A DNA stretch of 64,000 nt from Ophelia neglecta (lineage: Eukaryota). The stretch is taken from assembly GCA_965285935.1 (NCBI GenBank), contig OZ260667.1, positions 52,886,001 through 52,950,000 on the forward strand, written 5' to 3'. Within the stretch, counting starts at the first letter, position 1; each line of letters starts with the position of its first letter. Made by a program: the position numbers and the translations under genes. Under the pieces are notes generated by a model, which was not told the origin of the DNA, ran no database searches, and saw only the letters and a program-made list of their open reading frames with translations. Positions 52,701 through 64,000 of this stretch are shown here, piece after piece.

Positions 52701-54399
52701 AAGGAGATATGAACATGGACCATTAAACAACGAAACCTGGATAGTAAGACGTACATTTTATGACTGGTACACGTTTCCGCCAAAATAGACGAGTATATAA
52801 GCACGAACTGGGTTTATTACCTGCGTTGAAAGTGTAGCAATGTCCACCATTGGTCCATACCGGTTCAAAGTATGAGACATTGCAAAAATGTCCGTCCCAC
52901 ATGCACTTCATTATTCAAAGTACCGTTTCAAAATATGATAATACACAATTAATTCTAAGTAAACATGAGCAAACCTAAGCTAAATCTATGGGGGAGGAGT
53001 TATATAAATGTTGACTAGAAATGCTGTGTGATCAGAATTTCTCACCAATTACATATAACCGACAATAGACAGTGCCTCACCAATTGACAACGTCATATGT
53101 AGTTTCTTTGTATCGTGCGAATGATATTATGTGATACATATTAAGCAAAAGACTTTGAAATGTTTATACCGACCATGAACAAATGTTTTGTAACGTTCGT
53201 AGCTATATGCCTGTATCGCATATCCCACGATACGTTCATTGCTGTGAAGTCGATCCCTGGGTTAACCGGCATTTCAAAGATCGGAGGAAACATCAACTCA
53301 ATCGTCTCGGTTATCCCTTTAGGAAAGAGTGCATTGCAGATTTTATTGACCTTCAATCGAACATTTAAACACTAGAATGTTTATGGCGCATAAAGACACT
53401 TTCAGTTGCTGGTGTAAAAATGCCTCAATTTTAAAATAAAGTTTTAACGGCGCATTTTGTGGTCATGAAAGCAACAGCCCACAAGCCGCTTGCCCCAGTG
53501 TCGGCGCATCTCAGTAGAGTTGTGTATTACTAGTCACATAATGCACGTAGAGAGGCGGGAATACTACTGAAATTAACTTATCCTGCGCAAGTTTTCACTG
53601 TGCCAGTGGAAATAACTACGAGCTACGATTTGATTTGAAGCATAATCAGTTGTGTATATTAGACCATGAAGTTTAATTTTTCTCTCACCTTCATTTTTAA
53701 TGTAGGACGCGATAGCTAGGTGGTGGGCATTGAACAAATTGTAATTTCATAGTTTCCCCTTGATATAATACTGCCTTTTTTCAATTAATAATGAGGAGCC
53801 ATCGTGGCATGCAGCGGCACACTAAGGAAGCCTTACGCCCTTTCAAAACTAGCTCCTTGATACAGTATTTAAGAAACTTACTTTCTGCGTCCGTCGCCTT
53901 CCTTGAGAAGATGTTTTCATCACATATCGTGACGGCAGGGAATGGGATTGACCCTTTGTCTTTGATCTTTATCTCCACTCTCACGGGATTGCTGTAATAC
54001 TCTATATGACGGTCTACGATATTGTACGCAGTAAAGCCTACTCCTACAATGTGTATTATCATTTGATGTATCGAATTTTTATATACCTCTCAAGTTTCGC
54101 TGACGGTGACTATATGCTCTGAGCCATCAGCTAAAAAGCATTCGGTCAATTTGTACATCTCTCATTTGTTGTATGAAGTTCTGCATAAATTCTAATAGGA
54201 TTTTGTAACATAAATATCATAAGAAAACGATTCGTATTAACATACCGGATATGACGAGGATGCTCCAAATGATAACTCGAAGGCCATTGCTCTCACTGCT
54301 ACATATGTATTTCAAACCAATGACCGACACGTCGTCCGTGAATACTTTTAACCGCCGTTTCCCAATTGCGCCGAAGTTGTGATTATATCTCTCTTCCAT
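49716..54399 (-). CDS. DEG/ENaC (ASIC-like) amiloride-sensitive cation channel subunit, paralogue A; 8 coding exons, 460 aa
   Basis: Exons, all GT-AG and in frame: 54399-54246, 54043-53882, 53316-53174, 52905-52821, 52609-52488, 51335-51237, 50737-50608, 50203-49716 (1383 nt). Motifs: TM1, FPAVTIC, GHCYTFN, LLHSPEEIP, Cys-rich thumb (PYGEC..CGC..CDCPREC), TM2 LFCDIGGALGLVLGMTLLT. Confidence 0.93.
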
Positions 54400-54988
54400 T
54401 TTTATTTCGTCTTACTCAGTCCGGAGCCTGGGGTTAAAGTATGTTGGACCCACCATTCCGTTTCATATGTCATCAATCTTATTGTATACTGGTTTGGAAT
54501 TACTTCGCTTTTTCGAATTATACCACAATTACACAACAAGATTTTTCCAAAAAGATGCGCTTGCATCTAGAAATGCATTCGACAGTCCTATGCCATTTGG
54601 GCCGTTTTAGTAAAATAAGAACAGCGTTATTAGAAAGTCATATTCGTTCCACAATCTATAATAGTTATCCTGCAACAGTTATGCTTAGTGCATGAATAAT
54701 GTAAGTATATTAATACATTTTGACAATTACCCCCAGTTAATCGTTTTCTCGACGATCCATAATTAGATCAGATTCATGTCCTCCATTAGATATTTTTATG
54801 CCTCCAGCACTTAGCAGCCCCCGGCACGATGGAGAGATAATGCATTGAAACAAATTGCCAAATTGGCCATGTCGGATTGCATTCGTTGTTGACTACCTGT
54901 TTTTATGTGTGTCTCTTTGCATCCCAGACGCAAATATGCTCTGGCCATTGGACATTGTTCATCACAGTCTGCTTTTAACAATAAATAA

Positions 54989-55360
54989 GGGGCCGACCAT
55001 TTGATATTGTAGGGGGATGTGGTGGGGGTTGGGGTGGGGATGGAGGGGGGTAGAACAATTTAGAAACAAAACGTTTGTTGGCCAGGTCTGAAAAAAATGT
55101 TTGTCACACTACTTGAGAAATAGAAAAGCAAGGCCAAATATACAAAGAAAAAAATCAAAAAAGCCTATTATCTTGTTGATTTGTCTTATTGTATACCTCA
55201 AAACAAGTTTCAAATATGATCTTCCAGAAAAATTAATATTTGCCGGGGAATTTGGAGGAAAAAGAATCGTTTTGGAGGAGGCAAAAAAATGTTTTGAATT
55301 TGTTTTTACTACCCCCCCCCCCCACCCCCCCCACCCCTACATTATCAAATGGTCGGCCCC
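54989..55360. mobile_element. PIF/Harbinger-type MITE, 372 bp, with G/C-rich subterminal tracts
   Basis: TAA|GGGGCCGACCATTTGATAtTGTAGGGG ... CCCCTACAtTATCAAATGGTCGGCCCC|TAA: 26/27-bp TIR and a 3-bp TAA TSD. Confidence 0.9.
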
Positions 55361-55564
55361 TAAGAATGCAACAGACTGAAAATAATTTTGTACACTGTAA
55401 ACAGTACTTATGGAGAGAGAAACAGTGCCGTTAATATTAGAATACCACCATAGCGTTTCCCCTGCCAGCACTTCACTAAATCACCCTTCCAATTCGTTTA
55501 ATTTAAAGCCATGACACTATCCTGACACAGTATGAATTTGTGTATCGCAATCCCTGGGGATAAG

Positions 55565-55800
55565 TTGATTAATTGATTGATTTATTGACGTTTATTGACG
55601 TCCCTTGCGGTAGCACCGGTTAGCCCAGCGATATCAGCGACACTACCTGTTGGGCTAAATCCCCAACCCCGAGGTCATCAGAAACTGCATTGAGCTTGGG
55701 GCTATCACAAAGAATAGAGTCGCTTTGCTAGCTGGTGCTGAGTAAATCCTACTACAATTACCAGTTATGTCTTGACAGTTAACACACGGCCTGGGAGGAG
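55565..55800 (-). mobile_element. Possible SINE relic with an (AATC)n-type 3' tail
   Basis: ttgattaattgattgattttattgacgt reads as a minus-strand simple-repeat tail next to a GC-richer body. No clear Pol III boxes. Confidence 0.3.
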
Positions 55801-57563
55801 AATGTAACGTATATGGATGTGACACATTTTGCAAAAAATCCCCTTTATGCAAGCAACCAAAAGAGAGGACGGCGATGTGCTTTTATTCAGTTTATCCAGT
55901 ATATTTTATCATTCAATGTGTGATATTCATTTTGAGGCTACTGTGCCGACATGGTATCATATTCTTCCCAGACAATTTCCCATACAGAGCGTTGTTTACC
56001 CCGCCTGGTTTACTTTTTGTAGGAACAATATATTCAACAACCACAATAATTTGGGTGCTATTGTTTTATGAAACGCCATATATTTCAAAGCGGGTTTATC
56101 TTGTAAATTATTGTATTCATATTTCAATGAAGCACATAGAATATAATTTTGTTTAACCATAAAACGAACTATTACAATAACCATTCCTGTTTAGCAGCCG
56201 CGAATCGGCTGTAGAGCGAGTTTTATAGGTAACATGCTCGTATTCATACAGCAAATAGGACAGCTTTAAATGGCCACCAGTAGTCCTTGTAAGTTTAAGG
56301 GCGCATTTCCGGTTTACTTGTGAATAACCTTCTTTATCGCTCGTAAGAGTTCGTTACATTCAAATCTAAAACTACTTTCATGTCGTTTTGGTAGCATTAA
56401 AATTAAATTAATTCGTAAACAGTAAACTTTCCAACATTGACATCGACCGTCGGATTAGGGAAAAATTAGTATAGGAGTCGGTATTTTCAACATATCGTAT
56501 ATCTGCATAGGCTTTGGGATACGGAAAGTGATTTGAAAAAAATGTTAAACCCTTTTTAAGAGAATGTATTGGGCCAAGATCTTCTTCACTGGTAGAAAAA
56601 TGTTGTGTGGGCAGATCGCCTGTCGTCAAAATGAAGCTGGCTTTTGGGTCTTTATTTAACCGTAGCAATGACGCGAAGCAAAACAGTTATCCGCGGTGGC
56701 AGTCAACATCAAATAACTCTGATCCAACGGCTAATTGCTCGGCCGCGGTGTCTCATGCACATAAACCAAAAGATCATATAATGTCAATACATATTGTTAC
56801 CTAGAATTGAGGGTCACTGACGTACAGTTGTACCGCTCGCAATATTATTCGGAAACATCACATTGGCAAATTAAATGTATTTTATATACATAAAAAATAT
56901 GGAACTATTAAAAGATTTATTAAAGTGTACCTGGCCTAACGAATTCTCCATCTATGATTTACCTATTCATTTTATGCATTGAATTTAACTATTTTTCATG
57001 GACACGTTTGACAAACACTATGTTTTACATTGTTTGCTATGTGTGACCTCTCCCCTGCACTTAAGCACAGCCACTTGCTGGTGTCTTTGTTATTTGTTCT
57101 GGCAGCATCATGCACACCATTAGTCAAATAATTAACACAACCATTCAGTAGTCTGGGCCAAAATGGAAAACGTCATACTTCCAGATCGAAATGGACTGTT
57201 TGTAAACCATCGATTATGGATGACCCCTTGGAGCAATTCCGAATTGTATTTCGTTATCCTAGACATTTTACAACCCTTCCCAGGAGACTGTGGACAATGT
57301 AAATATGCTTCAAGTCCGTGTACCAAGTCATTAAAAAATTTTGATCAATAAACCTATGTAATACATGTCACCAGCTTCCATTTTACTAATTTCTACCTTC
57401 TGATGTTGACCGAGACTATATGTATAAAACACGTTCCCAATATAACCAGACGTGCATTCGATAAATCTTGCACACATTACTCTGTAAGCTGCATCTGCCG
57501 CTATTTCCAAATACATTATTGCTCAGATCATTTCGATAATACTCGGAAAGTGATGACATCGTC

Positions 57564-60500
57564 ATGGCAAGAGTGAAAAAGACGAACATATCTATAGCAC
57601 CTGATCAAAGAGGTAATGTAACTAGTAACAAGGGAGAAGTTAACTGCAATTCATTACCAGCGCTGTATAATCCTTCGTTCCCTCGGCCACAACTTCAGAA
57701 GGAGTTCAACGAGCAACCGGAAGCGGTAGGGCACAAAGGGGGCCTTAGCGTAATTATAAAGAGCAGATTACATCTATTTGCCGCTGATGTTTCTATAGTT
57801 GGACTCAAATACGTCACGGCTAGTGGCAGCAATTGTGCACGGGTGCTTATTTGGAGTATTCTTATTTCTGTGGGTAAGTTTTTTTTAAAGATTCTAACAA
57901 TATAAATAGCATACAAAATAAGAAAACGATTATTTACATTCCAATAACTAAAGTTAGTTTGTGTCTTGTGAATGAACAAGGGACTGTGTTTTGGGAATGA
58001 ACAATGGACGAAAATTGATCTTTAATTTTTGATCATTTACCAGGTATAGGATTCACCTTGTTTAATATCTCAGACCGTTGCGCTAGTTATGAAAGCAACC
58101 CGGTGAGAGTAGAGGTCAAGGTCAAGGACAAAGGGTCAATACCATTCCCTGCCGTCACCATTTGTGATGAAAGCTTCTTCTCCAAAAAGGCCGCGGGTGA
58201 CCAGGGTATGATATAAGACGCCCGTTTTGTTAATTCAAACATATAAGTAGTGGCATTAGCTCTATAACAATAGCCCCTGTCTGATACGAATTTTGTTCAT
58301 CATCAGAAATACATAAATGTCACTATCAACAGGGCTAATTGACACTATAGAAATGCTGTTTCCACCACCTTTCAAGACGCCAGTCAATCCCGGACTCGAT
58401 TTTGCTGCAATGAATGTGTCTTGGGACAAAAAATATCTAAGATTGGTTCCGAATCTCATCGAACAATTACGTATGGTGAGTGAACAATTTATAATTGTTA
58501 AACTTGATTCTGGTCATTTTCCCTGAATATTTCATGGATGCTTTCAGCAGTTCTTTATCATTATTTATATCGATATGGGCCTATGATACAAGCTTTCTTA
58601 GCATTTGCTTTTAAATAAGCCTATTTTTTTTCCGAATCACCTCACCAGGGCTTGTTTCCTCGCTCCAGTTAAGGAAACATTAACCAGGAGAAAAACTAAA
58701 TACTGAGGCGCGAGCAATTTAAGAATTGCCACAATGGGTGCACCGGAATCGATTTACACGCTTTCTAGAAATATCTAATTCAAGACATGCCATGATGATT
58801 AGGACAGTCGTTATGTTTCTCGTCGATTATGGAGTGGTGCTTTTTAAGGGAGGGAGCGGCGGTAGTTTCAAATAACTGTGTCCCGATCTGACGGAGGAAG
58901 GGTTCACTCAATTGTGATACGGTCCAATGGTGGACCTGAATAGAAGAGAAGGAAAGGGCGAATTGTTGAATGCAATAATAGTATTCCACTTTCGTATCAC
59001 AATAAAGTTCTAATAATGAATGAAATTTGCATCCCATCTGCACTTTTTCTTGGGAGAGGCACCATTTTAGTGGTGCTAATACCTCCCCCGCCCCTCTCCA
59101 AAATGACCATATCATTTTTGTTATGAAACCTCGATTTGAATCAGAGAGAAGATTGGCACAACGTGGTATTGTTTTCATATTGTGTTCGTTATGGTAAGAC
59201 TTTCTGATGTTTTAATCAAGACGGCATTCAAAGAAGCGGTGTTTAAAAATGCCCAGATATTAATCTGTAAATTTAAGTATAGCAGTCAAATGGACTTGGT
59301 TAGTTTCGGATTGACTGTTTTTTTTTATGCTTCAGTGTTTCTGGGATGGTGAGCATTGTAACAGCACTTACCTCCAGCCCATCTGGACCAATATTGGATA
59401 TTGCTACACATTTAACTCAGGTTATTATTTGACTAAAACAACCATAAGTAATGCTTTCCAAATTGAATGAGAATTTATATTGTTAAGATTTTCTGGTCAT
59501 ATTCGAAAAATTTTGGATATTTTGACTATGTTGTTTTATGCTTTTAACCTTTGGATAGGGTCACTGATAAACCAATTCCTTTTCAGCTGTTAGTGAATTC
59601 AACAACCTGACCGCCCGGTCACCTGGTACAGTGAACGGCCTATTTCTCGTGATGAGCAGTAACGAGTCGGATTATCTCTACCCTTCTTATTTTTCTGCTG
59701 GGTACAGGGTAGGTTGGCAGTACAAAGTTCGCATAGAAAATAGATTAAACAGTTCCCTCAGTATAACTTTTTGTGTGATACTGTTTAAACTTTCCCTAAG
59801 GACATTACGTATTTTAGTTAGTCCTTAATGATCTAAATAGTCAGGTATAACCATCAACATCACGTCGAAAGCCAACTGATAATTCCAATGCACTGCCTGA
59901 TTTCGCAAATTCACTTAAGAAACAAAAAGGTTTATTACCCAAGAACACAATTTCAATAATCGTAAAAGCAATAATGCATATCACAGAAAACGCTTTCTGC
60001 TTGGAGAATGAGGCGCAAATGTTCAAATTTTCCAATGGTCCGAAATAAAATCATCAGATCTCTTATCACATAGCAAATAAATGGCCCACATTTTTTTCCC
60101 AGAGCCCGCATGACATTTACTAAATACATAAAGAGATTTTAAGACTTGAATTTAATCATAATGATTGAACGTGTGTCCATGGGTGTTCGTGTTAAACTAT
60201 AGGGCTTATAAAGACTTTAAGTAAATATGTCTAGAAATGCAAAATCGCAATGAACAGCTATCAATTGTGGCAATATATTCAGAAAAGAATGGGATTGGAT
60301 AACCGGCAAACTAAGCCAAATCTGTCCGAAATCATCACAAGCCAAAGCCCCACACTCATCAATTAATCAATCTACAATTCATCAAATGTAAAAAACAATC
60401 TGTTAAAAAATAAATCATTCCAAAACAATATGATAATTGATTAATATAAATAATTGATATTGCTTTCAATAAGAAGTAGCCAGCAGTTTTCGATGATGCC

Positions 60501-62870
60501 AAACAGATTTCCAACCAATGAGGCAGTGGTCGGACAGAGATGAAATATGCCCCGAGAGAGCCTATGATGCTTAAGCTCTCATAATATTTAGGGATTATAG
60601 ATGAAAGTGTTTCTGCAAAGACAAGACCAAAGAGAGTGTAAAACTTCCCTGCATACTACATAGGAAATATGTCAAAGTAATGCGTAGAAAATCGCAAAAT
60701 AGTGTCCGAGGTAGTACTAAATTCTTTATAACATAATAACCATTTGATATATTTTTACCAACTACTGAGTAAACGCAAAATGACAAATAATGGACCTTAT
60801 GCAAAATTGCTATTTCCCTCGTGGCGTTATTTTTATTGTCATCACTATTAAACCACAGGGATATGTTTTGCGCAGTTACAATGCAGTGAAATCTGTGCAA
60901 GGCACTAAATTATGTAATTCAAATCTCCAGCATTTCTTAAAAGAATGTTTACTAAGCAATTGTTTTGCCCCCGCACCTATTGCTAGGTACTGGACCCGGA
61001 TGAATATATATCATTTTTGCACGATATTCACATTAAACAGTTTTCATTTTGAGGCACACACTTAATAATGGCGTTAAACGTTCTTTTAGTTGTTGCTTCA
61101 TTCCCCGGACGAAATTCCATTGATGTCAGAGTTTGGTCTCAAGGTTAACCCTGGATATCACAACCAAATAGCCATACAACTTGAGCATGTGGGTATATAA
61201 TATAAATGATATTGTTGTCCATATATTAGCAGGTCATAAGATCTATGAGTATCTGAAGTCCATGCGTCACAGAAAAAGCGATATGCAGTAAGAAGAACGA
61301 CTCATGCAGCCTTAATTCTTGAAAAATGTGATACACGTGTTCACATTCATTAAGTCATACTATCGAAACTAAGAAGTATATTGTCATCGTAGTGTTTAAA
61401 AGCATTAGCTATATTATATAAAGCAACATTAGTATAATGTAAGCAGAGTTAAACATGTTAAGCACTACTGACTTAGGTGAAAGAATTGCCGTCTCCATAC
61501 GGGGACTGTGTGGATGACATAAACTACAAGATCAGCAACTGTAATGTAGCTTGTGCGAGTGAATACATCATAAAGAAATGTGGCTGTAGACTTCCGAACA
61601 TGATTGGTAAGTGAAGTGGGATGTGACTGTCTGTATTTGCGGTTAGAAAAAAGCAAATTTCAAATATAGTGACAATATTTGAACGCTGCTTCCCTTATAA
61701 GTCACTGTGTATTTTGTCAGTTTCCGTTCGTCACAATGCGACCTCTAACAACCAGTGAGGTTACCCTTCCTCCATGTTTTATGTGTTGGTTTATGAGAGT
61801 TCTTTTGACATACCATTGACAAGGGGAAGGCTCAAAATAAAAAATTAAAAACATTGACACACAAAAAAAGGCAAATAACCCGATGCAGGCATTTGGCGAA
61901 ATAGAAGCACAAAGTCATAAGAATGCTATAAAAATCAACAGAAAAAGAGTATAAGTAAAATAACATGTCCTGGCATAATATTCCTGAGCGAGGAAAATAA
62001 AGTTCGCAATTTCCCAATTTTAAATATATTCCAAGTTTCAATAAAATTGACCATTGTGGCCTTGCGAACCAACATATTATAAAAGAATGGCCTTATACGT
62101 GTATATTATGAAAGTCATCGAGACGCTTGTCATGTTCATGTTTATCGCATTAGCGAAAGAGAGCTAGAGCTAAACTTAATCCAATCGCATTGTCCAGCGA
62201 CATGTATACGAGACACATATAAAGGTGCTTGATTACAGCATTAAACCTAGTTTCTGTTATGTTTCTCGTTGGTATAACAACAATAATTATTTGACATGAA
62301 CCTAATATATGAAGTAAAGTATCGTAAAAAATTGATGTCATATACTTCCGAGAATTCAACGAGTTTTTACTTTTTATAGGCGACGCCCCGACGTGTAACC
62401 CAAACCAATGGACAATGTGCGTTAATCCACATTTATTCAAATATAAGTCTCAAAATCGGTTAGCAGAATGTAAATGCCGCCGACAGTGCGATCGTCTCAA
62501 CTATGGGTACAGAATTTCAAGCGCGAAAATATCCAAATACTACGCAAGTGCAATTCTCAGCAGGTTTCAGGAGACAGGAATAGAGCATATCGGATTTCAA
62601 GACATCAGAGACGATCTAGTTGTTATATCTGTTTTCATCGAGGAGACTGCCTACCTCGACATAACATCATATGCGGACTACACCACTCTCTCACTGTTCT
62701 GTGACATAGGTGGCGCCTTAGGTCTTATTCTCGGAAGTACAATGTTAACTGCTGTAGAATTTGTCGATTTTTGTGTGCTCACAGCCGTTGATATCATCCA
62801 CTTTAAAACATTGGGCCGGAGCAGAAAGTCCAATGCTGGAAAAAACAAAACGCCTTCAGAGTACAAATGA
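57564..62870 (+). CDS. DEG/ENaC (ASIC-like) amiloride-sensitive cation channel subunit, paralogue B; 8 coding exons, 513 aa
   Basis: Exons, all GT-AG and in frame: 57564-57873, 58044-58205, 58333-58475, 59336-59420, 59587-59708, 61090-61188, 61477-61606, 62380-62870 (1542 nt). Motifs: FPAVTIC, GYCYTFN, LLHSPDEIP, PYGDC..CGC..CKCRRQC, TM2 LFCDIGGALGLILGSTMLTAVEF. Confidence 0.93.
60532..60595 (+). repeat. Dispersed GGACAGAGATGAAATA repeat (copy 3, intron 5 of paralogue B)
   Basis: Shares the 16-mer and downstream GAGAG..CTCTC with the copy at 19625-19683. Confidence 0.55.
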
Positions 62871-64000
62871 ATGGCACATGTTTCCTTTGTTATGCAAATG
62901 ATAAAGTTACTCCTGTCCATCGATGTGTGAGTAGTTGTTCAGAAATTATTTGTCACCATTTATTTAGATAGTTATCATATGTTAGTAGAATGTTTGCAAG
63001 TTAATGTCTAGCTACTGCACATCCTCCTACCGGGTTAAGTGTAATTGTTCCGCAAACCACCACTTTAATTTCATTGCCCACTGTGAAATGAGGTTTTATG
63101 TATTATTTGTGTTCTTTGCCATTATTTATTATTGCCAAAATGCGGATACCTGTTTCTTTTTGAAGGGATAATTCATTTTTGTGCATAAAGGTCTACATTA
63201 TATTTTGTTTGTAGAGAAACATGAACTGGGCTTTAATTCACTTATGTAGTACAAATAGTAATGGCATTTGCAAAGAAAACTTACAAATGAAATAGAAATA
63301 TTGTGTAACAAAGTAAGTACTATCCCGGATAATTTTCTGAATAAATATATTATGCAGAGTACAAACCATTTGGTTCACTCCTTCTTAAGTTATGTCTATA
63401 GTATATTATTTTTCATGTATGATTTGCTTTTTCCCTGCCAAGAAATTCCATGAAAATTGTGGGCGCTAATGCCTTTATAACACCCCCCTCCCCATAGGAG
63501 TGTGTCACAATACATTGACCCGCTCCCCCACCCTAAAATGGGGTTCCAATTCCTTGCCTCCCCACCCCTTTATTTTGCAATCGTTAACTTACATCAAGGA
63601 GGTCCAACTATACAGTGTGTGTAAGTAAACCACATTCAAAGTTCTACCCGAGGAACCCTGTAAAATTATCAATAGTATTACTCGCCAAGGACCTTGAATA
63701 ATGTTTACGATACCGTCTTTTGTATAAGTGGGCGTCAGTCTATTCTTTGAACGATCGTTACCAATGTGACCAGACATACATTATAAATTTTTCCACTAGG
63801 TGAAAAAGGTGGTTTAGGTAGTTAGATGGCTATTTATGGGAATGTCATACTTACAAGACAAGTTATAAACTGTGATTATGAATTTTTTTCCATTACATAA
63901 CATTGTTGATCTTCGTTTAAAAATGCAGAGTGTTTTGAGTTTTCCTTCATTCTTATAAAAAGAATGAAAGTTGCAAAGCCAAAGAGTACCAAGAGACTTA

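Noticed and set aside
58307-58332. Alternative acceptor catcag| for exon 3 of channel B
   Set aside because: It is out of frame and hits a stop. The acceptor giving an exon start at 58333 keeps the frame and matches paralogue A's 143-bp exon.

Overview
AT-rich animal genomic DNA with spliceosomal GT-AG introns. It is probably lophotrochozoan, and the channel motifs suggest an annelid (inference). There are four intact protein-coding genes: a GT32-family DxD glycosyltransferase (minus strand, 33-1040), a RASL10-type Ras-like GTPase (10542-11180), and two 8-exon DEG/ENaC (ASIC-like) channel paralogues arranged head-to-head (49716-54399 minus; 57564-62870 plus). The two channels have identical internal exon sizes and an atypical pore: no HG motif, GxT instead of GAS, Cys at the degenerin site, and E18'Q in one copy. 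The gene-poor interval at about 11-49 kb holds a decayed RASL10 paralogue, a 33/34-bp minisatellite with higher-order structure, a nested 1.08-kb tandem duplication, LINE relics (one interrupted by a MITE) and several MITEs. A short 7SL/Alu-domain-like segment and a long hairpin lie at 3.9-5.9 kb. All exon models and alignments were read by eye; no database searches were run.
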